Source: Vicinamibacterales bacterium
GTDB taxonomy: Bacteria > Acidobacteriota > Vicinamibacteria > Vicinamibacterales > 2-12-FULL-66-21
DNA: 64,000 bases
Assembly (NCBI GenBank): GCA_049642465.1
Contig: JBAROV010000088.1
Span: 38,616-102,615, forward strand
Reading direction: 5' to 3'
The position numbers were made by a program, and so were the translations under genes. This document shows, in pieces, positions 54,635 to 63,928 of this stretch. Under the pieces are notes generated by a model. It saw only the letters and a program-made list of their open reading frames with translations. It was not told where the DNA came from and did no database searches. Within the stretch, counting starts at the first letter, position 1. Each line of letters begins with the position of its first letter.

Positions 54635-56101
54635 ATGAGCGACTGCCACAAGTGCGTGGGTGCGCTGCCGCTTGCCGGCATGTCCCGGCGGGAGGTCCTG
54701 AATCGCTTTGGAATGGGCCTGGGCGGCATCGCGCTGGCCAACTTGATCAATCCCGTCGGACTTCGTGCTTCGGCCCAGACGCCGCAGGACCGTGGCGTTC
54801 TCCAGGGTCAGTTCCATGTCCGGCCGAAGGCCAAGCGAGTGATCTACCTGTTCATGGCCGGCGGGCCGTCGCAGATGGAGACGTTCGACTACAAGCCGGT
54901 CCTCAACGAGCGGAACGGCGAGCAGTTGCCTGACTCCGTGCGGCAGGGGCAGCGGCTCACCGGCATGTCCGGCAACCAGTCGTCCCTGCCGCTCGCCGGA
55001 TCGCAGTTTGGCTTCAGCCGTCACGGCGCCCACGGCACCTGGGTCAGCAACCTGCTGCCGCACACCGCCAGGATCGTGGACGAGCTATGTATCGTCCGCT
55101 CGATGTGTACCGACGCGATCAACCACGACCCGGCGATTACGTTCTTCCAGAGCGGATCGCAGATCGCCGGCCGGCCGAGCATGGGAGCGTGGATTCACTA
55201 CGGGCTGGGCAGCGACAACGAGGATCTTCCCGCGTTTGTCGTGCTCATCACGCCGGGCAAAGTCGATCAGCCTTTGTACTCGCGCCTGTGGGGCAGCGGG
55301 TTCCTGCCGTCGCAACACCAGGGCGTACAGTTTCGGAGCGGCACGGATGCCGTGCTCTATCTCAGCAATCCTGAGGGGATCTCACGCGACAGCCGCCGGC
55401 TGCTCCTGGATCGCCTGAGAGATCTGCACACACACTCCGCCGAGCGGCTCGGCGAGAACCTGGACGGCCGAATCGCGCAGTACGAAATGTCCTACCGGAT
55501 GCAGGCCAGTGTCCCTGGCGTCATGGACGTGTCGAACGAAACAGAGGAGACCTTCGAGCTCTATGGCAAAGACTCACGCAAGCCCGGCACATTTGCCGCC
55601 AATTGCCTGCTGGCGCGCCGTCTCGCGGAGCGGGGCGTCAAATTCGTGCAGCTCTATCACCAGGGATGGGATCAGCACGAGAATCTGCCCCGTGACATCG
55701 AACGGCAGTGCCGCGAGACCGATCAGGCGAGCGCCGCGCTCGTCATCGACTTGAAGCGGCGGGGCCTTCTCGACGACACGCTCGTCGTCTGGGGCGGCGA
55801 GTTCGGCCGGACCAGCTACTCGCAAGGCAAGCTGACGTCAAGCAACTACGGCCGCGACCATCACCCGCGTTGCTTCACCGTGTGGATGGCTGGCGGTGGG
55901 GTCAAACGCGGACTCGTCTACGGTGCGACTGACGACTTCAGCTACAACGTGACCGAGGGGTCTGTCCACGTGCACGACTTTCACGCGACGCTGCTGCACC
56001 TGCTGGGCATCGATCACGAGCGATTGACCTACTTCTATCAGGGCCGCCGATTCCGGCTCACCGACGTCCACGGCAAGGTCGTACTGGCGCTGCTCGCCTG
56101 A
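54635..56101 (+). CDS. DUF1501-family (sulfatase-fold) protein with Tat signal
   Basis: SRREVLNRFGMGLGGIALA twin-arginine. Typical DUF1501 length. Canonical partner of PSD1 proteins. Confidence 0.9.
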   Translation: MSDCHKCVGALPLAGMSRREVLNRFGMGLGGIALANLINPVGLRASAQTPQDRGVLQGQFHVRPKAKRVIYLFMAGGPSQMETFDYKPVLNERNGEQLPDSVRQGQRLTGMSGNQSSLPLAGSQFGFSRHGAHGTWVSNLLPHTARIVDELCIVRSMCTDAINHDPAITFFQSGSQIAGRPSMGAWIHYGLGSDNEDLPAFVVLITPGKVDQPLYSRLWGSGFLPSQHQGVQFRSGTDAVLYLSNPEGISRDSRRLLLDRLRDLHTHSAERLGENLDGRIAQYEMSYRMQASVPGVMDVSNETEETFELYGKDSRKPGTFAANCLLARRLAERGVKFVQLYHQGWDQHENLPRDIERQCRETDQASAALVIDLKRRGLLDDTLVVWGGEFGRTSYSQGKLTSSNYGRDHHPRCFTVWMAGGGVKRGLVYGATDDFSYNVTEGSVHVHDFHATLLHLLGIDHERLTYFYQGRRFRLTDVHGKVVLALLA

Positions 56102-56111
56102 GCGCGCGGGC

Positions 56112-56210
56112 TGAACTGCAGACTGGCGACTGCAATCGGCAATCGCCAATCCCAATTGGCAATCGTCAATCACCGCAATCGTCAGTCGTCAGTCCGCAAT
56201 CTGCAATCTG
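56112..56210. repeat. NNCAATC / GTCAGTC heptamer tandem-repeat element between the DUF1501 stop and the tRNA-Val 3-prime end
   Basis: Read directly (GACTGCA ATCGGCA ATCGCCA ATCCCAA TTGGCA ATCGTCA ATCACCG CAATCGT CAGTCGT CAGTCCG CAATCTG CAATCTG). Confidence 0.6.
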
Positions 56211-56215
56211 GGGAG

Positions 56216-56288
56216 TGGGCGGTACAGGACTCGAACCTGTGACACTCGGCGTGTAAAGCCGATGCTCTACCAACTGAGCTAACCGCCC
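56216..56288 (-). tRNA. tRNA-Val (anticodon TAC)
   Basis: Manual fold of the reverse complement: 7-bp acceptor GGGCGGT/ACCGCCC, D-arm GCTC/GAGC, anticodon stem TCGGC/GCCGA with loop TTTACAC, T-arm ACAGG-TTCGAGT-CCTGT. CCA not encoded. Confidence 0.9.
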
Positions 56289-56413
56289 GCCTTCGCGGCC
56301 TATCTTTGCAGAGGACGCTGCGGCGGGTAAACCCGCAGGCCCGCTGCCTGCACCATCTTCGCACAGTGCGCGCGACGACGGCGAGTTCGCCCCGACGCGC
56401 GCTGACGACCCGC

Positions 56414-58372
56414 TTACCGTTTCGGTGGCACGTCATGCGGCCGCTGAAAGGCCCGCAGGAACCCCATGACTCCGGCGGAGATCGCACCGGCGGAAGCATT
56501 CGATCCTGTCACCAGGATGTCTGGCACGAAACGGTTCGCGCTCTTCACCAGCTCCGAAATAACGTTAACGAGTGCCGTTGTCTCGGCGCCCAGCGCTTCC
56601 TTCTGCGCCTCGAACCCTTTCGCCCGCGCCAGGCCGACCGCCTCGATTTCCGCGCCACGCGCGCGGCCTGTCTGCTCGATGTAGGTGGCCTCGCCGTCGG
56701 CTTCCGCCTTCCGCGCGCGCGAGCGGTTCTCTTTGATTGTGATGTCTACCTCGGATCCGGCGAGGTCGCGCTGCTTGTCCGCAAGACCCGTTTGCTTCTC
56801 CATGGCAATACGATTGAGCTGCGCTTCCTTCTGCGCCGTAAATGTCGCTTTTTCTTGATTCGCGATCTCGCGCTGCGTCAGGACCGTGACGATCTCCTCT
56901 GGCAGGATGACGTCCTGGATGTACACGCCGCGCGTTTCCACGTTGTACTTGCGGATCTGCTCGGTGATGTATGCCTGCGCCTGCGTCTGCACGGCGGCGC
57001 GGTTTTCAATGAACTGCACCGCCGCCATCCCCTGCAGCGTGTCGCGGAAATAGTTGCCGACGACGGCCTGCAGCACCTCGTTGACGAGATTCTGCATCGT
57101 CCCGACCATCGAGATGACCTTGGGCGCGAGCTTGTCCGCAACGTGGATCTGGACTTGTAGATCGATGTTGAAGACGAATCCTTCCTTCGACTTCGCGACG
57201 ATCTGCTTCAGTGCCTTGTCCAGCGTGTGCGCCTGTGACGAAGCCTCCGCCCAGTTGAGCGTGAGGATCGCCGTCGGGACCATCTCCGCCTGATAGATGC
57301 GCGGATTGATCGCGTACTTGCCCGTGCGAAGCGGCTCCTCCCAGATACCGCGGTGGCCTGGATGGACGATCGAGCCGAACTTGAACTCATCGCCGGAGAC
57401 ATCCTCCGTTGGCAGACCCACCGCCGCCTTGATGACGGCCACCTCGCCTTGTTTGACGACGAGCATCGGCACCGTCTCGACGTGCACGAGATACGGATTG
57501 AGCGCGTACGACCCGTAGAGCAGCGGATCGTGCTGCAAGCCGATCCGGCCGCCGGCGTCGAGGAACTTCTGGTAATCCTGGTAGTTGTTGTGTCGCTCGT
57601 TCTGGTTGCCGATGAGCACGTCAGCGATCTCGCCGTCGCTGCGTCTCTCCGCCTCCATCTTCTTCACATCGTCGAACCGGCCCAAACGGCACGCGATATC
57701 GCCCGAGGGCAGCGGCTCGCCTTCGAGGGTCTCGACGATGCCGACCATGTCGATCGTCTTCTCGACGCTTGCCTCCTTCAGCCGGAGCGGCTCGATCACC
57801 TTCAGCGTGAGATCGTCAGCTTTCAAGCCGAAGAGAGCCGGACCGAACTTGCCGCGATATTCTTCGTTCACCGGCAGGCCGAAGCTGCGGCTTCGCGTCA
57901 GCACGAGAAACGCAACCGGATGCAGCGGCACGATCGCTCCAGGCGGTAGCACGGGACGCTGAACACCCTGTTGTCCGCCACGCTCGATGAAGCTGCGGAC
58001 ATCCGTGAACTGACCGAACTCACGTTTGTAGACGCCGGATTTCCAGCCGGTCGGCAGAGGCGCGCCGACCTGCGCGATGACAAGCCCAATCTCTCCCGTC
58101 GGAATCTGCACCCACGGGTGCTTCTCAACGCGATTCATCGGCCACCATCGGAGCGCGATACCAGGCATCAGCAGGTCGGCCTGATACCCGGCCTCGCCGC
58201 GAAGGGCGACAGGACTGTCTGACCGCTTTTGCCGGCCCCAACGCCTGATCACCAGTCCCACTTCGTTGGGGCCGATGCGGTGGATGGACATCACGACGAT
58301 CGGGAGAGACAGCAGGACCACCAGCGACAGACCGAGATAGATCCCGAACGTTAGCAGGGAGAAATCAAACAC
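56414..58372 (-). CDS. Flotillin-like SPFH (band-7) domain membrane protein
   Basis: N-terminal TM. SPFH core. C-terminal Ala/Glu-rich coiled-coil (flotillin EA repeats). Confidence 0.85.
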   Translation of the reverse strand: MFDFSLLTFGIYLGLSLVVLLSLPIVVMSIHRIGPNEVGLVIRRWGRQKRSDSPVALRGEAGYQADLLMPGIALRWWPMNRVEKHPWVQIPTGEIGLVIAQVGAPLPTGWKSGVYKREFGQFTDVRSFIERGGQQGVQRPVLPPGAIVPLHPVAFLVLTRSRSFGLPVNEEYRGKFGPALFGLKADDLTLKVIEPLRLKEASVEKTIDMVGIVETLEGEPLPSGDIACRLGRFDDVKKMEAERRSDGEIADVLIGNQNERHNNYQDYQKFLDAGGRIGLQHDPLLYGSYALNPYLVHVETVPMLVVKQGEVAVIKAAVGLPTEDVSGDEFKFGSIVHPGHRGIWEEPLRTGKYAINPRIYQAEMVPTAILTLNWAEASSQAHTLDKALKQIVAKSKEGFVFNIDLQVQIHVADKLAPKVISMVGTMQNLVNEVLQAVVGNYFRDTLQGMAAVQFIENRAAVQTQAQAYITEQIRKYNVETRGVYIQDVILPEEIVTVLTQREIANQEKATFTAQKEAQLNRIAMEKQTGLADKQRDLAGSEVDITIKENRSRARKAEADGEATYIEQTGRARGAEIEAVGLARAKGFEAQKEALGAETTALVNVISELVKSANRFVPDILVTGSNASAGAISAGVMGFLRAFQRPHDVPPKR

Positions 58373-58596
58373 GGTGGGCCTCCAAGTGCCGGCGGGGTTA
58401 GCTGACGGGCTCGAGGTTGGAGTTCCTCTATTCCGCGTCCCGTTGAAGGAGCCGCGAAAATTCGCCCCGTGGCGCGGTCATCGCGCCGGTGGTTCCCCCG
58501 CGGCGCCGATTGACGACGCCTTAGGCTAACTATTCAATATAGGCCTTTCCGCGCGGAATGCAACTCACCCGACCGATACGGAACGAGAGACAGTGT

Positions 58597-58712
58597 CGAC
58601 TGACGACTGCAGACTGACGATTGCATTGACTGCGGATTGACGATTGGATTGTCGATTGACGATTGCATTGTTGACTGACGATTGCACTGTTGATTGGCGA
58701 ATGAATCAACAT
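58597..58712. repeat. GAYTGNN heptamer tandem-repeat element (homologous to 41567..41642)
   Basis: Read directly. In divergent intergenic region between the flotillin-like gene and padR. Confidence 0.6.
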
Positions 58713-59195
58713 TGCTCGATCTGATGACCCGCGCGAGGCAAGGCGCGACGTGGTTCAACGGTCTCGAGGAGGCGGGCTCGCCTGCCCAGACGAAGCTCGC
58801 CCGAAGGGCGACCAAGTTGGCGGGGTCGACGGGACTCGCGGTCGAGCGCCGTCCAGCCGCGGCACCACATTCATACTCACCTTCTCAAAGACCGCCTTCG
58901 CAAAGTCGGCTAAAACACAATCCGGGTTCGTCATCGAGCCGACGAGCGACGGTTGGGAAACCGCACACAACACAAGTGCGACCACCGCAAGCTCGGCTGT
59001 CGCGGTGCCGTCGGATAAACCGTTCGCACTCGGACGCACCCGTCCCGAGATCGAACATCGCAGCGATCCTCTGGATTCCACGAACTGCACCAATTCAGCA
59101 GATTTCAACGGACCTGTCGTTGGCCGTGTACTTGCGACTCGAACCTCCTATGGCTTCCCCACAAGAACGCCGCGATACTCGTTTGGGAAAGCAAT

Positions 59196-59540
59196 ATGAG
59201 CTCTAAAGCGGAAGTCTGGCAGGGCACCCTGGCCCTGCTGGTCCTCAAGACGCTCCACGCGATGGGCGCCCAGCACGGGTACGGCATCGCGCGCCGCATC
59301 GAGCAGACGAGCGATAACCTGCTGTCCATCAACCACGGGACGCTCTACCCGGTTCTCCTCAAGCTCGAACAGGAGGGCGCCATCGTGTCGGAGTGGGGCG
59401 TATCAGAAAATAACCGCCGCGCCAAGTTTTACCGGATCACCAAGGCCGGCCGGAAACAGCTCGAGTCGGAAGTCTCCGAGTGGGCGCAGGCGACGGGAAT
59501 CGTCGCCCGCTTCCTTGCACTGAAAGGAGCCAAAGGATGA
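59196..59540 (+). CDS. PadR-family transcriptional regulator
   Basis: LVLKTLHAMGAQHGYGIARRIEQ...GTLYPVLLKLEQEGAI winged-helix signature. ATGA overlap with the downstream permease. Confidence 0.9.
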   Translation: MSSKAEVWQGTLALLVLKTLHAMGAQHGYGIARRIEQTSDNLLSINHGTLYPVLLKLEQEGAIVSEWGVSENNRRAKFYRITKAGRKQLESEVSEWAQATGIVARFLALKGAKG

Positions 59541-62233
59541 TCGGGACACTGCGCCGGGCATTGCTTCGAAATTGGAGGCGTTTGCTCGGCAGCTTCTCCG
59601 GCCAGCGTCACGAGAGCGATCTCGCCGAGGAATTCGAAGCGCACATTCAGCTGCTGACTGAAGAAAACCTTCGCCGCGGTCTCGGACCAGAGGAGGCTCG
59701 TCGACGCGCCAGACTCCAATTCGGCGGCATCGAATCAGCGAAGGACAGCTACCGGGACCAGCGTAGCCTGCGAGGCCTCGATGCCCTCGGCAAAGACTTC
59801 CGCTACGCGCTTCGCGGGCTCCGCAAGAATCCCGGCTTTGCGATCACGGTCATCGTTGTCTTAGCGATCGGTCTCGGCGCGAACACGACACTGTTCAGTA
59901 TCGTGAACGCTGTGCTCCTGCGGCCGCTGCCGTATCCGGAGCCCGATCGCTTGGTGTGGGTCGGAGAAACGCGCGCGGATCTGCCGTTTTCTTCGACGAA
60001 TCCAGGCGCCCTCTCGTACCAGAATTTCCTCGATTGGCGGAAACAGCAAACAGTGTTCGAAAGCATCGGCGCCTATCAACCGGCTGGTGGCAGTCCTGCC
60101 GCCTTTCTGATTGGCGGGGAGCCCGTGAGGATGGAAATCCAACGCATGTCGGCCGATGTCTTTGCGGCTCTGAAGGTCGCTCCCGTCATTGGCCGTGTTT
60201 TCAACAATGATGAGGATCGCCCCGGCGCCGCCGCACGTTTGGTGGTCTTGAGCTACGACGCATGGCAGCGTCGTTTTGGTGGCATACCGGTCGTCGGACA
60301 AAGCGTGAGTATGAACGGCTTCGCGTACACCGCTCTTGGAGTCATGCCGCCCGGGTTCAGTTTTCCGTACAACGGCGTGGAGGCTTGGCTGCCGTTAGGG
60401 GGCATACCGGCACCGCCACGTACCTCCCACACCGGTCACGCCGGCGAGAATCTCGGCGCGATTGCACGGCTCAGGCCGGGCGTGACCTTGGAGCAGGCCC
60501 GAGCGGAAATGGCGACGATTACGGCGCGGCTCGAACACGCGTACCCGGACGCCAACAAAGGTTGGAGAAGCCGCGTCGAGCCACTGATGAACGTGGTGAT
60601 CGGCGATGCCGGGCGACCTTTATGGATCCTGTTCGGAGCTGTCGGCATGGTCCTGCTCATCGCCTGCTCCAATGTGGCCAACATCCTGTTGGCTCGCGCG
60701 TCGGTACGGCAGCAGGAAATGGGCGTACGGGCGGTGCTTGGCGCCAGCCGGGGGCGGATCGTCCAGCAGTTACTGGTGGAGAGCCTCGTCCTGTCCTTCA
60801 TCGGCGCCGCGCTGGGTCTGTTGCTTGCTGGCACGGGCATCGATGTTTTTGTCCTGCTGGCGGCGAGTGCGATTCCACGCTCCACCGAAATTCGTCTCGA
60901 TGCCGGTGTGCTGGCTTTCGCTGCTGGCCTGGCGGGATTGACGACCGTCGTTTTCGGCCTCGCGCCGGCATCGATGAGCAGCGGCAAGGAGCTTCGTGAA
61001 TCCTTACAGGCAGCTGGCGATCGTGGCGGTGGCGGCGAGCGCCGGCGTATGCGACAGACGCTCATCGTCGCCGAGGTGGCACTGACCATACTGCTCCTCA
61101 CCGGCGCCGGCCTGCTTCTGCGCAGTTTCCAGCGTCTCCAGTCGGTTAACCAGGGCTTCAACACTGAACACCTCCTCAGTTTCGACGTCACATTGCCTGG
61201 CGCAAAGTATCGAACTCCGGAACTCCAGAGCCGGTTCTTCGAGAGTTTGATCGAGCAGCTGCGAACGCTGCCGGGCGTGGAAGAAGCCGGGACCACGTCA
61301 CGCGTTCCGTTGCAGCAGAAGAGGGGAGATACGTTTCCGGGGATTCCTTACTCGGTGGAAGGCCAGGAGAAACCGTCCGGCAGTCCGCCGGATGTAATGG
61401 AGGGCATCATCGCCAGCCCCGGATACTTCCGCGCCATTGGGATTCAACTTCTGCGCGGGCGTCTCTTCACTGAACAGGACGGCCTCCACGCTGACAACGC
61501 CGTGATCGTGGATGAGGAGTTCGTCAAACGTCACTGGCCAGGCGAGGACCCGATCGGGCGGCGTATCCGGTTTGGAGCCGGTTTTCGGAGACACCTCACC
61601 GTGGTTGGCGTCGTCGCACGCGTGAAATTGAACTCGCTGAGCGAACAAGGCGGATTTGTCCAGGCCTATTTGGCCGCCCGGCAGTTTCCGGACATCAAGG
61701 CCTCGGTTGTCGTGAAGAGCCGACTCGCGCCGGCAGCGCTGGTCGGTTCCATACGGGAACAGGTGCGCAGCCTGGACCCGGCCCAGCCGATTCACAATTT
61801 GCGCACGGTCGAGGAGATCCGCGACAGCTCGCTGGCCGCCGAGCGCCTTAGCTTGAGCGTGCTGGGTGTGTTTGCGCTGGTGGCCCTCAGTTTGTCTGTC
61901 GTCGGCCTCTATGGCGTGCTTGCCTATTCGGTCGCGCGGAGGCGCCGCGAAATCGGCGTGCGCACGGCTCTCGGCGCCCAGCGAGGGGACGTGGTGCGTA
62001 TGGTCATTGGCGAGGGCATGCGGTTGACGTCGCTAGGCATCTTAGCGGGAATCCTCGGGGCGCTCTGGCTGACCCAGTGGCTCTCCAGTCTGCTGTTCGA
62101 AATCAGGCCCTCTGATCCCGCGACCTTCTCGGCTGTGTCACTGCTGCTGCTGGTTGTGGCGCTCATCGCCTGCTGGATTCCCGCGCGTCGCGCCGCGAGG
62201 ATTGATCCGATACAGGCATTGCGGGAGCAATAA
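59537..62233 (+). CDS. ADOP-family (MacB-like duplicated FtsX) ABC transporter permease
   Basis: ATG at Met20 of the track ORF (MIGTLRRALLRNWRRLLGSFSGQRHESDLAEEFEAHIQL, typical PadR-coupled ADOP N-terminus). Two FtsX domains. Confidence 0.9.
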   Translation: MIGTLRRALLRNWRRLLGSFSGQRHESDLAEEFEAHIQLLTEENLRRGLGPEEARRRARLQFGGIESAKDSYRDQRSLRGLDALGKDFRYALRGLRKNPGFAITVIVVLAIGLGANTTLFSIVNAVLLRPLPYPEPDRLVWVGETRADLPFSSTNPGALSYQNFLDWRKQQTVFESIGAYQPAGGSPAAFLIGGEPVRMEIQRMSADVFAALKVAPVIGRVFNNDEDRPGAAARLVVLSYDAWQRRFGGIPVVGQSVSMNGFAYTALGVMPPGFSFPYNGVEAWLPLGGIPAPPRTSHTGHAGENLGAIARLRPGVTLEQARAEMATITARLEHAYPDANKGWRSRVEPLMNVVIGDAGRPLWILFGAVGMVLLIACSNVANILLARASVRQQEMGVRAVLGASRGRIVQQLLVESLVLSFIGAALGLLLAGTGIDVFVLLAASAIPRSTEIRLDAGVLAFAAGLAGLTTVVFGLAPASMSSGKELRESLQAAGDRGGGGERRRMRQTLIVAEVALTILLLTGAGLLLRSFQRLQSVNQGFNTEHLLSFDVTLPGAKYRTPELQSRFFESLIEQLRTLPGVEEAGTTSRVPLQQKRGDTFPGIPYSVEGQEKPSGSPPDVMEGIIASPGYFRAIGIQLLRGRLFTEQDGLHADNAVIVDEEFVKRHWPGEDPIGRRIRFGAGFRRHLTVVGVVARVKLNSLSEQGGFVQAYLAARQFPDIKASVVVKSRLAPAALVGSIREQVRSLDPAQPIHNLRTVEEIRDSSLAAERLSLSVLGVFALVALSLSVVGLYGVLAYSVARRRREIGVRTALGAQRGDVVRMVIGEGMRLTSLGILAGILGALWLTQWLSSLLFEIRPSDPATFSAVSLLLLVVALIACWIPARRAARIDPIQALREQ

Positions 62234-62398
62234 ATCAAAAGTCGAGCTATCGTCCGATCTGGTCCCGGAATCTGGAGGGCGGACATGAGGCATCATGTCT
62301 TCGCGATTGCTTTCATCGGACTGCCGAGCGCTTTTCTTGGACCTGTACTAATAAAGCGCCGGCGCACGCTCCATTCGGCGAATCCGGAGGAAAGCGCA

Positions 62399-62830
62399 TG
62401 CGTGTATTGCCGGCAATCCTGCTGCTGATCGCGGCGCCGGCTGGATCTTGCCGGGAAGCCGATGGACAGGACCTGCCCGACAACAAGGTTGTACCACTCG
62501 TCGACCACCATCAGCATCTCCTCAGTCTCGCCGGAACAGCGTTGCAGAATGTTTAAGCCTTCGTGAACGATTGACTTACGAGGGAGAACAACCGGTCGTC
62601 GGCGAACACCTTGTCGCCACGCTGGGCCGGGCCGGCATCAAACGCGCAGTCGTCTTGTCAGACGCGTACTGGTTCGACTCTCAGCCTCGCGCTCGAACTC
62701 TGCGTGATATCGAAGTCCGTTCTCTACGGATCTGATGGTCCCCTGTTTGGGAACGTTCACGACCCGAGCGCGTATCGCGAATTCCTCGTTGAACGCCTCG
62801 AGATTTCGGACGAGCAGTTTCCACGTTTCG
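62399..62830 (+). pseudogene. Amidohydrolase-2-family gene remnant (two frameshifts and internal deletion)
   Basis: GGAGGA RBS + ATG at 62399. Signal peptide then PLVDHHQHL (HxH), stop at 62557. Continues in second frame (EHLVATLGRAGIKRAVVLSDAYWFDS) and third frame (VLYGSDGPLFGNVHDP...LEISDEQ). Total far shorter than an intact ~280-aa enzyme. Confidence 0.45.
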
Positions 62831-63235
62831 TACCACTCCTGGTGGAGGATCAGTCCGCGCGTTACCGGTCCTACCCATGCGGAAGTGATCAGCGGGCGGT
62901 TCGGTGTCACATTCCCATCGCAAAGGAACTGATCAAAAAGATCGGTCGTTCACGATTACGGAAGCGGCTACCCGCTCTCGTCTCACCGACAGCGGCCACT
63001 CTACGGTAAGTCCGCGTAAACCTCGCCGAAGGCATTCCTGACTTGAGCCGACACTGCTTTGCCATGTTCAGGTAGTGCCTCGCGAGTCCCCAGAAAAGCA
63101 AGTTCGAGAAACGGTCGATTGAGCCGGCGCGCATCATGGGCCGGGAATAGGCGTCACACAAATTCCTCACATGTCGTCACGACGCGCGCCCTGTGCGCGC
63201 GCTGTAGTCGGACCTATACTCTCGCCGGGTAACGC

Positions 63236-63747
63236 ATGAACAAGGAAGAACGCGAGTTCAACGAGAAGTACGGGCCGTGGGTGATCAAGAAGAAGTACGT
63301 CAGCGTGTTTCAGGTCCCGGATGACCCCTCTAGCGTCTGGACGCGGGCTGGGAAGACGCGTACTACGAGTCTGCAAAGCAGATCGTCGCGGGCGTCGTGG
63401 AAGGCATGCTCCTGGGCATCCACGGTGTGGCCGGCGTTTTTCTGCTCCGCCTCTACCTTGAGCTCACGTTGAAGTACATCATCCTTAACGCCCGGTGGCT
63501 GAAGGATCCACACCAGAACGCGACCCCGGCTGAAGTGAAGGACATCAGGAACACGCACGATTTGCTATGGCTGTGGTACGCAGCTAAGGCGGACTGCAAA
63601 GGCAAGATCCCGGAAGAATCGTGGAAGTCGCTTGACGTCGAGTTCGTGGAGACGCGGACTGGGAAGCCGAGATGCAGAGTTGGATGTAGGAAGTGCGATG
63701 CCGATTCGAGAGCGAAGTGCGTCAGCGTGCGGCTTCATCGTGACTGA
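63236..63747 (+). pseudogene. Frameshifted hypothetical gene of lower GC (~55%), unknown family
   Basis: Frame 2 MNKEEREFNEKYGPWVIKKKYVSVFQVPDDP then frame 1 from ~63334 (RLDAGWEDAYYESAKQIVAGVVEGMLLGIHGVAGVFLLRLYLELTLKY...CRKCDADSRAKCVSVRLHRD*). Composition differs from the surrounding genome. Confidence 0.4.
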
Positions 63748-63790
63748 CTTCCGAACGGGAGGACCGCGCACCCTAATGCACCCCCAGCGA

Positions 63791-63840
63791 GAGATCGGGC
63801 TGCCACCTCCCGATCTCGGCGCCTACAAATTATTTATTTT
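63791..63840 (+). terminator. Hairpin GAGATCGGG-ctgccacct-CCCGATCTC followed by T-rich tract (CAAATTATTTATTTT): rho-independent-like terminator and unusually AT-rich junction
   Basis: Read directly. Lies between the frameshifted ORF and the 3-prime end of tRNA-Asp. Confidence 0.45.
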
Positions 63841-63851
63841 CAACGAGTTGT

Positions 63852-63928
<77 letters not shown>

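Noticed and set aside
41567-58712. Heptamer repeat loci as possible CRISPR arrays
   Set aside because: Units are 7 nt and degenerate, with no unique spacers of 25-40 nt, no leader and no cas genes. They are not CRISPRs.
59100-59160. tRNA-like fragment (GCGACTCGAACC, T-arm-like)
   Set aside because: Flanking bases do not form a T-stem, acceptor stem or anticodon arm. Not a tRNA gene, at most a decayed fragment.
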